A stretch of DNA of 61,679 bases, the filler included, from Asterionella formosa (Eukaryota), in assembly GCA_002256025.1 (NCBI GenBank). It is 16 parts of 16 records of this genome, joined end to end, with 100 filler letters (N's around TTAATTAATTAA, not from the genome) between each part and the next. Parts side by side here need not be neighbours in the genome. Positions count along the whole stretch, not along the records: positions 1 to 3,776 come from NKIB01013912.1; positions 3,877 to 7,649 come from NKIB01013914.1; positions 7,750 to 11,522 come from NKIB01013915.1; positions 11,623 to 15,390 come from NKIB01013916.1; 12 more parts are not named here. One strand, given 5' to 3'. A model generated the notes under the pieces. It did not search any database. It was given only the letters and a program-made list of their open reading frames with translations, and was not told where the DNA came from. The translations under genes and the position numbers were made by a program. Shown piece after piece: positions 1-12,816 of this stretch (positions are counted from its first letter, which is position 1; every line of letters begins with the position of its first letter).

Positions 1-1744
1 TTTGTATTGAAACGTTGAGAGGAAAGTGTCATTTATTTATGGCGTTCATTTGCCTTTCAAAATTCTGTAAGTGCTTCAACCACTCGTTTGGACGTGTTTT
101 CAAACTCATTGCTGCCATATTTTCACCTTTTTTCGTTGAACACGGAGCTTGGCAACTTCATCCTCTTCAGGAACATGAATTAGACTCCATCGCTTAAACT
201 TGGTATTGTGTAGGCGCGTAAATGCGACACCTGCTGAAGCCATAAATGATAGTACAAACAATAAGGCCGGTTTTGAGTGAAATTGTCAAAATTGTCGTGT
301 TGACCAGAGACTTTGTTATTATTGAAACAGATCTTGTAATGCATTTACAAATTCCATAAACTCTGACAATTTTTTGCTACCCAACATAGAAAAAGTGAGG
401 GGAAAGTTATCATCAATTCCGTGGTATTAAAACTGGGTGTGTTTGAAGGCCATGGATCCAACTGTATCATCGTCTTTGTCCATATAGATATCAAATAACT
501 TGTCCCAAACTGTTTTATGGGGAAATTTCCTTGCATCCAGCTCACACATAGTTGGTGAATTCCCAAGATCCAAAACATTTTGACGAGGTTTCTCATCAAA
601 AAGACATTAATTACTCTATGGTATGTGCCGTGCTTCTCAATATATTTGGGAGCAGTTGCAGCATTTGTTTATTCTTAGCCTTGGGTGGTAGTCCACGTTT
701 CTTAATGATAATCTGGGACTTTTCAGAATCATCATCGAATAAAATATCGGCAAGGACTGGAGATCAAAAAGCAGACACACTGGTCATAAATTTTTCTCGG
801 TGAAGAGTAACTTTCATTGTCTAAAGAAAAAAATGATGCCATGCATGGTGAGACTAGTTGTCACATAGTAGCCATGTTCACTCATGTGTACATAACTATT
901 TACTACAAATTGCCTGCTGGTCACATGACATGAATGGGAACACATGTTACCTGGTATACAGGTGACATATAATGCCCATGTATGATGAGTAAGTCTCTAC
1001 GTTGACTGTAAGAATTTGTATACTGGTAGTCTTTTTTGTTGAAGGGCCTATGATATTCTAATGCATAGGACTTATATCCTCTTCTTATATAGGTCTAGCA
1101 AAGTTCATATTGTACAATACTAGGTCAAGGAAGAAGGTGATGACGCCATGATTTGATGGCGCCCAAGACACCAAGGAACTGGCATGAGTAGGGCAGTTTC
1201 CAGATGTTGAGTTTTGGGTGGTGCTGTTGGAGGGTAGTGTTGCATCCAAAGAAAGTTCTTGTTGGTACCTTCTGTAGCATCAAGAAGGGATTTTACATCC
1301 AACAATCTACGAATCGAACTATCCATGAACTCACAAATAGAATGGAGGGTGATAAATAGATAGTAGTGGATAGATGCTCTATTATAAATTAGATAGTGGC
1401 ATTCTTGTTTGCTTATCATACCATCAACCAATCATTGACTAGCCACTGCAGTTAGAATGTTGGCCTCATCCATGTTGCTTTAGTCATTAACGGTATTCAT
1501 CTGATGCAATCATCATTTTTGCATGATGCATGATCGCCTTTCCCGTCACCTGACTTGCAAGGGGGCGTCAAATACCGGTCAAAGCATGCCAACTAATACA
1601 ATTATTTATAAGCTTAATAGAGTAAAAGATGGAAGACAAATAAATCTCCTCAAGTACTGGTATTCAAAACAAATACAAGTTTTCATACCCTACATGAGAG
1701 GAAAATTCTATTTTTATGTACAGTATGTTCATGTCAAGTGCTCC

Positions 1745-1852
1745 ATGTGACGGGACCTGTCTTTCAATCAGCCACATCCCTTAGAATCCTAGTACGGTAG
1801 GGACTAGGTCTACATGAAATGACAGATGGAAAATGCAGGAATCGAACCTTCA
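1745..1852 (-). mobile_element. Second, 5'-degenerate copy of the SINE candidate
   Basis: Minus-strand GGTTCGATTCCTGCATTTTCCA (canonical B box); plus-strand body GGGACCTG..TCAGCCACA..CCTAG..GGGACTA matches ~2193-2280. Confidence 0.5.
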
Positions 1853-2169
1853 TGTTGTACTTACTCACAAACTGTGACTACTATTTCAGGAGGTTTATGA
1901 AAGAAGACATGCATATCAAAAGAGTGAATTCCAGCAATGACAGTTGACAATCAACAATGAAGGCGCCAGGGATTGTGATAAACCTGACACCAGTAGCAAT
2001 GGGCGTACCTCCTCCTCTACTATCTTTGCTTCTCTGACTAGGAGGCCTCCACCAAAAATCTGTCCTCGAAACAGATACTGGGTAGTATCAACACCAGCCT
2101 ACCATATAATTGGATGGATTATGTTAAAGCTATCCAATAATTACAACACTCAGGCCCAAATAGGACCGG

Positions 2170-2326
2170 TTTTATTCCTCTGTAAAGTAAAATGGGACCT
2201 GCTGTCATTCCGTCAGCCACACACCATGGAACCCTAGGGACTACAAGAAAAAGACTGGTGCAGAATGCAGAAATCGAACTCTCCAACACTGCAGAAATTG
2301 TGCTAACCAACTAAGCCATTCCCTCC
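2170..2326 (-). mobile_element. Candidate tRNA-derived SINE (head 2256-2326 plus body)
   Basis: Minus strand reads GGAGGGAA-TGGCTTAGTTGG (A box)...GAGTTCGATTTC (B box)-TGCATTCTGCA-CCA, followed by a body shared with 1745-1852. Cloverleaf is degenerate, so not a functional tRNA. Confidence 0.55.
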
Positions 2327-3194
2327 TTACTACTTGCAATCATATGATCATCTGGATTATATGGCAATGGAGCAAGGGAATACTATGAAGAATCGATTCT
2401 TTGCATTTGCGAAAGAAGGTAATAGGGAAAAATTTTACTAAGGAGATTATCATTACCAGTAGAGCAATTGTAGGATATAATCTTGAAGAATATATCACAG
2501 AATAGACGCAAGTTAATATTATTACTTGTTTCAATGCATGATAAATGCTCATTGCCGATATATTACTAAGAATACCATGATAGGTGTATTCACATGACAT
2601 TGACCACAAATAGAGGGCGAAATAAGGATGTATACACTTTGGAAGTAGAACAAAAATATTGTAATGGAATGTCTGAGCGAGATGTTGAGACAAATTCTGT
2701 TCCCTTCAAAAACTGGAGGATCTAAAATAGCCCTGTTGGACAATGAGGACAACAGTAATGAAGAGTCAAGCTAGCGAAGAAGAAGGGCGAATTAAATGGT
2801 ATTCAAGAGGGTACCAATGTTGACGAAGAATTCCTTGAAAGTCTAGTAACTATTGGCCGATGTACTAGAAAACACAAAAATCGATGTATGCATGGAATGC
2901 CAATTATTTTTCAAGAGATTTGAAGACTGGCAACGTTGAACATTTTCTACGTGTGTTAGGGCAATGCAATTTTGGAGGTGAGGTGAGTCTGTCTTGGTCA
3001 GCAAAAACTCGCCCATACCTGAGATATGATCAGCATGGTATCTGAGTTACAAAAAAGAGATTTACTTTGTTCATTTCAGTAAACGCCCTTTTGTAATTCG
3101 GGAGTTTTTCAATCCAAAAACAAATTTGACAAGCATTGAAACCGGGGCTTTAAATTATCAAAATCGGCTTGTTCGATGTGATAACAACTGGTCA

Positions 3195-3368
3195 ATGCTA
3201 ATAATTTAATTACAGAAACCGAGTATATTTTCACGTCTATGTAACTCATAAAAAACGTATTTTTTCGATTAAGCTGACCCTCACGTAGAAAATTGGTATG
3301 TTGGCTACATAATCCTTCATATGCAAACAGTAAGACACTGGTGGTGCTGGCAAATCGATGCAACTGTT
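3195..3368. repeat. Dispersed repeat, inverted homolog at ~39327-39505
   Basis: Reverse complement shares GCACCACYAGTGTCTT..ACTGTTYGCATATGAAGGAT, ACGTGAGGGTC and ATGAGTTACATARACGTGAA with the contig-11 copy. Confidence 0.85.
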
Positions 3369-3776
3369 ACGATCGAACGGAGGTCAACATTCCGTTTGCT
3401 TCTTGAGTTGATGAAGGAGAGTGCAGTGGGGCATTTAAACTGGATATCTGGTCTGAGGTAACAAGTGACAAATTACAATCGTTTAACATTTGGTTTGGAA
3501 AACATGTACTCAAAATTTATTTTGTGAGGAAAGTGGTTGGGACTTTCTCCCCCTTTTCTTACTGTTTCCGCATGCCTTGAATGTGCTTGCAATACAAGAA
3601 GCAGGTGACATGTGTTGTTCAACCTATGTTGGGTCCGTGTTAATAGTCATAGTTTAAGAGTCCAAGAAGGACAAGGTGAAGGAAAATAGTGACCCTATGA
3701 TGAAGGAATGTAATTGGTTGATCACCTTGAGTAATTATGAATATTAAAAGAATAAGTGAACCCCAGATGTGAAAAT

Positions 3777-3876
3777 NNNNNNNNNNNNNNNNNNNNNNNN
3801 NNNNNNNNNNNNNNNNNNNNTTAATTAATTAANNNNNNNNNNNNNNNNNNNNNNNNNNNNNNNNNNNNNNNNNNNN
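3777..3876. other. Artificial contig linker (44 N + TTAATTAATTAA + 44 N), first of 15
   Basis: Same 100-bp spacer at 3777, 7650, 11523, 15391, 19257, 23122, 26986, 30850, 34714, 38575, 42436, 46296, 50150, 53998, 57844; intervening contig lengths never increase (3776 to 3736 bp). 17231-17948 is a separate within-contig gap. Confidence 0.99.
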
Positions 3877-4724
3877 AAAACTCTTACGTTACTTTTACTT
3901 ATCCAAATCATGAAGGCGATAAAAATTCTATTTTACTCCTTGATTCTTCTCAATATCTCTAAACTTCTTTTCAACTTTGAACCTTTGAACTTCCACGAGT
4001 TGCAGCAAGTTCCCTCTCTATGAAAATGCATTATTGCCTTGTACTTGCTTTATGAGAACTTCCAATAGCCCTTGGCTTGTTTTAAGTTGATCCAGTCAGC
4101 GCTGGTTTTGGCAACAGTTGACATTTTCGAAGGACCGTCAAGTTCCTGCAACAATATGTTGAGAAAACTGTTGAAAAATTTGTTTGCAGTTGTTAAAGCA
4201 GAAGCAGATTTGACACTCGTTACAGCAAGCTCGCGTTCGACAACAATTGAATAACCAGAGAGCCTACATTTGATCACTCCATCTTTCGACTAAAATTATC
4301 GACGTTTTTGAAATGATAAAATTCGAACCAAGTACGAACTTAATTGTAGAAGACAGAACGGGAATAGCTATCATGTAATCAGTTCTCTAGTAGAACATCC
4401 AGTAATGAAGATCAATGCCCTTTTACTATGTCACCCATTTTGACTTGTAATGTTGTCTTTAAGTAAATATTTTTTAATCCATACATGTAGTTTTTTACCC
4501 CTGACCATGTTTCAATTTACTCGATTGTTACCACAAAAATTATTTTAAGTACTTTTATGGATACTAGGGTAATCAGTACCAGGTACCTGCAGACTGGGAA
4601 GGTAAGGACGGTACCAGTAGGTCCGTACACACGGTTGGCAAAACGCCATACCGGTAGGGGTGCGCGTCAACCCCCCCCCCCAAAAAAAATTCGCAGGAGC
4701 TGCTGGCTGTTGAATCGGAACCTT

Positions 4725-4975
4725 GTTTTCGATCAAAAATATGATCAATGTATCATATAATTTTGATCATGCAGTAAACTTTTACCGAGCTTGAAGTATG
4801 ATGATACTATCATAGTTATAAAACCATTGCATCATATAATTAGTTAAACATGGTCATATGATGTGTATACTTTTGTCATACATCTATCTTAGCATGATCG
4901 TAATTCTCATCGATATCACTGTCTAAAATAGGATGAAATTGATCGAAATTTAGAATCATATTAAAGAATGGTTCT
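4725..4975. repeat. GATC/ATCAT-rich dispersed repeat, homolog at ~54335-54637 and similar tract 12290-12780
   Basis: Colinear blocks GATCAAAA.TATGATCAA, CTTGAAGTAT.ATGATA, ATCTATCTTA..CATGATC in both copies; probable transposon subterminal sequence. Confidence 0.7.
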
Positions 4976-5197
4976 ATGCTCCTATATCTCGAGTGGCTAC
5001 AGAATGTTCTACAATGCTCTCATCGCAATGATTGTTGGTGCCGCTTTCAATTCCACCTTCCCCCCAATCCAATTCTGAAGGTTGTTGTACTGGTTGCCTT
5101 GCCGTTGTTCCCCTGCTTTGTTCCATTTACTCCTGACAGATCTGAGTTTGCATTCACGCATTTTCCTATTACTATTAAATCTTTGTTCCAATCAGCC

Positions 5198-5657
5198 ATA
5201 CTAACAAGGAGAAGCAATTCATTGTTACCTGTTCATGATTGGCTTACCCAACAACATGCATTTCGCTTCTATCTTCACTTACCACAAATTGAGGAGGTAA
5301 CTGATGCATATTTCTGTAAAATAATGTGTCAGTTGAAGATTGAATGAGAAAGTATTGATCAATAAATGGGCTCCAAGAAGCAACACTGCTCTTTGGAACT
5401 TACGAATACTGTTTGTCTACCATTATCCTGAAAGAAGTAACACATATGTGTCAGTTTTTCTAACAGTTGTGGATTGATCCAAAGATGGCTGATAGGCACC
5501 AGCAGCATTTACCGATTTCTTTTGTCCACATTGATGGTTGGCCAGCCACCAAATCGAAAAGGAGCTATTGAATCACTGAAATGAGACGAGTCATTCCGTA
5601 TTTGTAATCCCAGCAATTGATCATCCTGGCATTTGATCTTGACAAACCGTGATGCTA
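5198..5657. repeat. ~450-bp dispersed repeat, inverted homolog at 27086-27530
   Basis: Long near-identical blocks, e.g. TTCAGTGATTCAATAGCTCCTTTTCGATTTGGTGGCTGGCCAACCATCAATGTGGACAAAAGAAATCGGTAA in both. Confidence 0.95.
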
Positions 5658-6280
5658 TGCACAGCTTGTTGATTCCGCCATTTTCCATGATATTCACTCA
5701 TTCTTAGCCGCATGGTGTATCATCGTGCTGTATTGTAACTTCAGTTTTTCGCATCATGTGTTGCATATATGCCCTGTTATTTTAATTCCTATGAAATCTC
5801 TTGATCTGTTCTGCGCCTTTCTTTCGCCACAATTGTTTTCATTGCTTCACTGGACAGCATTCGGATTGATTGTGCTTTGAACGAAGCAATGATCAAAGTC
5901 CACCTTATTGCAGAATGGTGAGTCTCACAACTAAGTATCAGCCAGTCGATTAAAATTGGACTGTCTTTTGTGCACCCTCGTTGTGTTTGTACTTGACTTG
6001 GCAGCTGTCAGCCAAGAGCAGCCATGGCATGCCACCATTTATTGTCTATACAAGTTTCGAATGCGTTCAGCTATGATAACTTTTGCTCCCCCCTCCTAAA
6101 CACTATCTCACAACGCACCCTTGTCATAGATTTTTCTTTATCCTTTGGCTTCACAGGCCCAGGTTACTCAATGCCTTCATCTGCAAGGAGTTCAGCCAAG
6201 CAGGTCCACGTTGGCGTCAAGAAAACCTCAACCCCAATTTTCCTCACATGCTCCACTCATTTTTGCAGTATAGACTGGCT

Positions 6281-6400
6281 GGTGGGCGATAGGCCAAGCA
6301 AAGTGTCTCGCTTTTCATGAACATCTACAAGGTACTAGTGCTTTTGTCGAGGTTTGTGTCTAATACCAACTGCTGCCATCCATTGAAATATTCCAGATAC
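6281..6400 (-). mobile_element. Decayed N-terminal fragment of an IS630/Tc1/mariner-type transposase
   Basis: Translates IFQWMAAVGIRHKPRQKH*YLVDVHEKRDTL, resembling the W..LG..Y...KK.Y.VDGHE.P motif that precedes the GQDE catalytic motif in this family. Confidence 0.5.
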
Positions 6401-7159
6401 ATCAAAGAATAGCTACGCTCCTGTCTTTAAAGGTAAGGAACTAGAACGAAGACAAAGAAAATCTAATGAGACATGAAAATTACGAAACCAGAATCACTCT
6501 GTTACTATAAATAGACAGTCTCATGCTTCTTTGTGCATATCGCCTGCTATGCTGCGTTTCAATTCTAGATATATTACGTTCTTGTTAGAGAGACGATGTT
6601 AAGGAGAAGTAGATTGTGCTGCTCTTTAATGGATGTTGTTTAGCTATGATTGAGGTTGTAACACTGATTGATGCTCTGGTGACAGACCGGCCGGAAATTT
6701 TCGTCTTGTGTGATGAGCCATTTCGTTTACTTTGGATTTCTTTTCAAGCTCTTAACGGATTGCATAGTACGAACATAATGTACAATGTAGATGATGATTC
6801 ATCGAAGACATATGATGACTTGAACGACAAATGAAGATTTTATCACAAACATTCATTCCTCTTGACATGGCTGCTTTGTCGTTGTTGCAAGAATCAGAGT
6901 GAGGACTGGCGAGGATGATGAGCCAAGCCACATTACTCTAACTGGTACATTATCCTACCAAGAAATTTAAATAAAGGAAACTAAAAGAAACAATACATAT
7001 AATAATTAAATTTCCATAGTCAAAAGGGTTACTATTTAAATTACGAGGGCATTTATCAAAATTATTAGATGATATAACGAAAAATTATGATCAGATGATC
7101 ATAATCCTATGATGCATCATGGAAATATGATGGTTTTTATTTGCAGACGTTGCAGAGTA

Positions 7160-7648
7160 CCTTCCACCAAAAAATTTATTCATACTATGGAGCTTATTGA
7201 GGCCATCAATTCTTTGCTTGGAGTGACCAGCACTGTGATCAAATAGAAAGACAAAGTCGATTGTGGGGTAGAGCACCTGCAGGACATCAACGGCATCTTC
7301 GAACTGGGGCACCATGCGGGCATAGATCCAGTATCCCTCTCGGTTTTCTCCATATTCAAACACAACAAGAAATGGAGATTTTTCTGCTGTGAATGTCTTC
7401 TTTTGTCTTCCACCGTACACTTCAATTGCAGCTTCCTCGTCTGTGTATTTCTTCCCAAGGCGACAGAGGTTTTTCTCAGCAAGGATATTTATTGGTATCT
7501 GTTGGAGTGGCCCATGCTCACGACAGACAAATGCAGAAATTATTGAGCCTGTACCTTCATTCTTTGGAAGTAGTGGCCGCTCGCCCTTAGGCCCAACCCA
7601 CATCTTGGATAAAAATAGTAACTGTTTATATATAGCCTCATCTTGTCC
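7160..7648 (-). mobile_element. IS630/Tc1/mariner-type transposase catalytic fragment (truncated)
   Basis: GQDEAIYKQ (first Asp)...LPKNEGTGSIISAFVCREHG...EYGENREGYW...FVFLFDHSAGH (second Asp)...DGLN...MNKFFGG; breaks off before the catalytic Glu. Confidence 0.75.
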
Positions 7649-7848
7649 ANNNNNNNNNNNNNNNNNNNNNNNNNNNNNNNNNNNNNNNNNNNNTTAATTA
7701 ATTAANNNNNNNNNNNNNNNNNNNNNNNNNNNNNNNNNNNNNNNNNNNNATCACTTTTTCTATAAATAGGATCACTTTGGCAGATGTAGAAAAATAATTT
7801 TGATTTGGCGGATAAAAAGGACTTTATTCAAATCAAGTAATGACCCAA

Positions 7849-7880
7849 AGTAAACTTTACTCAATTGAGTAAAGTTTACT
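7849..7880. repeat. Perfect 32-bp palindrome
   Basis: AGTAAACTTTACTCAATTGAGTAAAGTTTACT equals its own reverse complement. Confidence 0.97.
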
Positions 7881-9392
7881 ATTTCTGTCAAATCAAAACT
7901 TTGTGCTATAGCCCATCACATGGGATATGTAGGACCCAGATGACTCACATGGGGGGTATGGCTGGATTCGTTCAAGCTCAGAAAACAGTACTTAGTCCAC
8001 ATGCAAACTGGTATATAATTATTTAGCTTAGAATAAGCGATTTTTTATAAATAGAAAATGCTAGAGTATACCAGTATTCATGGTGAGTGGCTGGTGAATT
8101 CTTCATGTCTTTTCAGCCTGACCATGAACAAAAAAAACAAATATCTCCACAAACATTACAAACAATGCTTCCTTATTTCACACAACTATCAAGCAAGACA
8201 AAGATAGTATAATCATAAATAATTATTCTTATAACACTTATATTGACAACGAAAATTGAAGCCGTCAATGGCGCATTTTTCATGTAATTTAGAAATGTAC
8301 ACTTTTCAAAATGACAATGGTTTGAGCAGATTTGACACTATAGAGTAGCTGCAGAAAACAGACAATATAATGACTAATGCAGTATCATGATTAATTGAAA
8401 CAAAATATGTTAAATAAGTTATTCATTCACTGATAATTGATTGATTGTATTGGTAATTTGTGAACCAGTAGTCGTAGATGCAGATATCAGCACTGACAAA
8501 AGTGAAGCATGTCAAAACTAATGCCATAATGTGCAGCAACCCCTTCAAGGAGACGTTCCTACTTATCCGGAAAATGACAATGCTACAATCAGGCCTTGAA
8601 GGAACTGAGCGCAATGACAACAAGAGAAAAGCAGCCACATGTCAGTGCCATGGTGATCAAGATTTCTCTAGCAAAATTAGGCGTAAACTCGAATCAGCAA
8701 ATGACCCAATGACCCAAAGTATTATCTGCCAAATCAAAACATTTTGCTATATCTTTCAAAAAGATCATATTTAGAGCATAAAACCATGTTTAAAATCATG
8801 TCACGAATGAAAAATAACGGCATTATGCGCTGGCCAGCATATTGCACTAAGTATCACGTCAAAGGTTTGACTACATTTTATATTGCTGAGATTGTGATGT
8901 CAGCAAAAATACCGCAGCTTGCAGCTTCCTGGTACTCAAGGTCGTAGTTACCTGTAGGAGCTGCATCCATTTTATACCGGTATATCAAGAAACTCATTTT
9001 TATGGCGCCTTGGGGGAGCCCGTGTTGCGCTTCCTGGTGTGTGGTGGAAATTCATCCAAATCTGATACTCCAAATGCCATTGACACAACACTTAATACTC
9101 TTCATACAGCGGCCTTACACCACACTCCTAACCAGGGAATACCTGAAGAAACTTAAGAACGCCTATAGCTCATCGTAAATAGAGATTATACACCATTGAA
9201 ACTGGAAAAGATTTGCCATTTTGTAGGTGGGAGCTAGAAGTAAAGGCCAGTTGTTCGCCTTCTAATGTGCACAAAGTAACCATCAGATAAGACTGCCACC
9301 GAACACTTTGACTACCTAGTATATTGATTGACGTCTCCTGACCGTCATAACATGTTGGACCTCACCCACTTCCATGGGCGTGCAAAAATTTG

Positions 9393-9899
9393 TCAAGGAT
9401 TCTTGGCGTCGCATTGAAGGTCGTTTTGTTCCAAAGTGGACGTCTCGGCCAGGCTCAAGACTGGCGATAAAGTTTTGTAGAACTTAGCTCGCTTTGGAAC
9501 AATGGTTGACAAGTCTTTCTTACAAAAGTGGTCAATCCAAAACTCCCAAAGATCTTTGGGTGCATAATCCAGAGGCGTGTGATCTCTCCCATCCCTAATG
9601 AACATCAAATCACAATCTTTGTCAACAATATAGTCAACAAATTCAAGACATGGCTTCTGAGTCCAAAATGCATCATGCAGCGGTGTTTGCCCCGTATCGT
9701 CCCGAACCCACAAATCATGCCCACATTTGTCCACTAAGAATTGAACAACTTCCAAAAAGCCTCTCTTGCAGGCCGTATGTTGAAGTGATTCTCCGAAGTT
9801 ATTGGCCGCCTGCAGGGGACGAACCGACTCATGCCAGGTTCGCGTTAGTTCAATGTCTCTCGAACATATGGCGGCAATTGATTCTTTGTCATAGAAATT
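9393..9899 (-). pseudogene. Ankyrin-repeat protein (diatom-type family), 5' end missing or spliced
   Basis: Frame stays open upstream of the ORF-track start: YDKESIAAICSRD...NNFGESLQHTACKRGFLEVVQFL...DDTGQTPLHDAFW...DGRDHTPLDY...WEFW. No ATG before an in-frame TAG at 9936-9938; several consensus residues altered. Confidence 0.7.
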
Positions 9900-10924
9900 A
9901 ATGATTTTTATAGCGCTTTTTATAGCGCATTCTAACTATTTTATTTCTAGAGTTGCTGTCATTGCGCTCCATTGCCCACATAAGGTGGGGTGGTAAAAAG
10001 GTTTCTTGGTTGTTAGTCACTTCCTTGTGCGGAATTAGTTAAAAAAAAAATTGTGGTCGCTTTGTTCTTGGTTCAATTCTCTATGACTACACTGCTCGTG
10101 TCAGCTGGAGAATGGGATGGTGAGTGTGGATTGGGTTAAAGATTTCGATTTTGGTCCCACTTCTGGTGATTCCATTTGAAGTCTACATAACAATTCTTGG
10201 TGATTCCAGGGCTTCCAACTCTTTGTTTTTGTGTTTGTCTTCATTGCCTTCATCATCAAAAAATTATTGCTTTGAGCAGCACATCCAGCTCTGGCGTAAT
10301 TTCTTCATCAGTGACTTCTTCATTTCTCTTTCTTCTTTATGATTGTTAATGTTTAGCATGATTGCTGTTTTTCACCGTTCTTGCGTTAATCTTTGTTTGC
10401 TTTTCCATCTCCTCCTCTTTCTGCATTCTCTTTCTGTCGGATTTCATTACTATCTTATGGTTCTGTCCCACATGTATGATTTGTTATTTCTTTGCCTGGT
10501 TGGCCGCTTGGATAGCGCCTTTCGTCATGGTTAATCAGTCGTTTTTATGAATTATTATCTATCGGGACACCCAAGGTCCCTGTAGCTTACGTTCTACTAA
10601 GTTCTGTGATCAGCGCTGTAGTACTGTATTAGTTTTTCTTAAACTCGCCTTTATACTTGGCAAAAAGTGTAAATTGTCTTCGAAGAATTTCTTTAGATGC
10701 TAATAATTTAATCAGTGATTTGATTATGAGTTTATAGTTGCATCTTAATAACTGATTAAAACCCATTTTTAGTAAGCCTTCCAGGCATAAAAAGAGCCTA
10801 CCATCTTTTTGTCTCTTCTGTCAGGTTCACATTTGAGGTTCTGTAAACCATAATCAAGAATCATTTGATTCTTGTCTACTCTCAAATCCCTTTTTGTACG
10901 CTTGTTAAGACTGAGTTGTGCCAA

Positions 10925-11095
10925 AAAAGGGGGGTCAGACATCTTCATTTTGTTCGAGAGAGGCAAAAGTGAAAATCGAAAAAGCCGAAAAAAGTTTTCT
11001 TTGAAATGTTGTCGCCAATTTTAAATTTATTACATATATATTATTCATAGATCTGTAGCTAATAGGATGGTGCACCTTACTAAGGCAATTGAACC
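10925..11095. repeat. Dispersed repeat, direct homolog at ~39895-40062
   Basis: Shared CAAAAGTGAAAATCGAAAAAGCCGAAAAA, GCCAATTTTAA and GATCTGTAGCT blocks in the same order. Confidence 0.85.
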
Positions 11096-11809
11096 GAAGA
11101 AGATCATGGAGTCAAAATGGCCCCGGATAAATTATAACATTTGATGCAATGGTTTTCGGCCAGAGACAGTACCAGGGTAACCTACCAGCAAGTTGCGTTA
11201 ATTTTTCTGAACTAAAGATTTAGCTTTTTAAATCCCAGTTTCAATTGTTTATGTAAGCAAAATGACTGCAACTTGCCAGGTATCTCTTGCTTTTCAGTGT
11301 CCAGAATCTCTGCCCTCTCTATTTTCATGATAGCTATATACCGGTATATAGAAATATTTGTATGTACCGTTGCGGTCGTCATTGCGATTGCATCTCATGC
11401 ATTCGCTTTGGGTTCACTCGTCGTGGTCGTCATATTTTCACTATACGGCGATTGTGGCCCTTGGCACTCCATTATTTCTGCTTCTGACACGGGTTTTCAG
11501 AGCGCTTTAGACGAAGGACAAANNNNNNNNNNNNNNNNNNNNNNNNNNNNNNNNNNNNNNNNNNNNTTAATTAATTAANNNNNNNNNNNNNNNNNNNNNN
11601 NNNNNNNNNNNNNNNNNNNNNNGTTGACATTTTCAATTCTCACATGATACTACATCTACTATTTCGATTCAGCATAGAAGGAGATACGAAAATGTGCGTA
11701 ACAGACTACTGTCCACATAGCTATAGTTATAGAATGATTCTGATTAGAATGTATTTCATTTTCATATCGCTCGCTCGTTTCTGCATTTGGTATACTGTAC
11801 TTGAATTAA

Positions 11810-12220
11810 CTATTGAACTTGTCCGCATCTTTGATACCATCAAGAGAGCGAAAGCAAGTGGCTCTTTTCATTGTTGTTTGCTCGTTGGAAGAATTTGATA
11901 TCTGTATTGTCATTTGCTTGTTGGAATTGTCCGTTGCCTCAAACTTGCTTGGCGTGTGCGTTCTCACACTATCAACTTGTTTTCAATGATATGTTGTTCT
12001 TGTATTCACTGTTGAACTTGTCCGTATCTTTGTTACCATCAATAGAGCGACAAGTGGGTCTCTTCATTGTTGTTTGCTCCTGGAAAAGTCGGTGTCGGTG
12101 TCCGTGTCCGTGTCATCCTCATCAATAGAGAGACAAGTTCTTTCGTTGGAAAAATTGGTACAGTATCATCATTCGCTCGTTCGAACCACTGTCTGTTGCC
12201 TCAAACCTGATTAGCGTTTG
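11810..12220. repeat. Degenerate ~200-bp tandem duplication
   Basis: TTGAACTTGTCCG.ATCTTTG.TACCATCAA.AGAGCGA at ~11813 and ~12012; GTTGCCTCAAAC at ~11933 and ~12195. Confidence 0.75.
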
Positions 12221-12816
12221 AGTACCGGTACCCGGTATGTGCACTGTCGACTTTAGTACATTACAGGCGGAGTGACTTCGCTACTAAATTGCGTGATATA
12301 ATAATATACCCTGTAGCATGATGCAGAATACAGTTGCTTCCCAATCATCTCATCATGATTGATAAGATGATACTGTGATATCATGATAAGGTTACATCGA
12401 TACATACATCACCAAAGTATGATACGTAATAATGAATAAAGTACATCACATAGCTATGATGCAGCGATCATAGAACTGTGATGATTTTATGAAATATATA
12501 TGATATAATTTTGATCAAAATATGATCATGTAAAAATAGTACAATGACAATAAAGTACAATAAAATATGTACGCAAGTGTTATCAATACATCACAGAATA
12601 TAAATCAAGCAATCATAAAGTATGTTAATTAATATATATGTTTGTCGTTTAATGTATACAGTAAAAGTCAACACTTATTATGATAGTATTATACAGTGGA
12701 TAGGATCTAAGTATACGGATGCGTTGATATGTACATCACTATAATATGATTTGTGATATGGATTGATGCATATCACATACCGGTATCCTCAACAACCAGC
12801 AATCACGTTCATTGTC

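Noticed and set aside
1..1430. Coding-like decayed minus-strand sequence in contig 1 (also 8400-8950, 10100-10530, 60840-61180)
   Set aside because: Probably old transposon ORFs, but no diagnostic motif could be recognised.
2256..2326. Functional tRNA gene
   Set aside because: Acceptor and anticodon stems do not pair; kept only as a SINE-head candidate.
3821..3832. TTAATTAATTAA recurring every ~3.86 kb like a periodic element
   Set aside because: Artificial all-frame-stop linker inside N padding; the period reflects length-sorted contigs.
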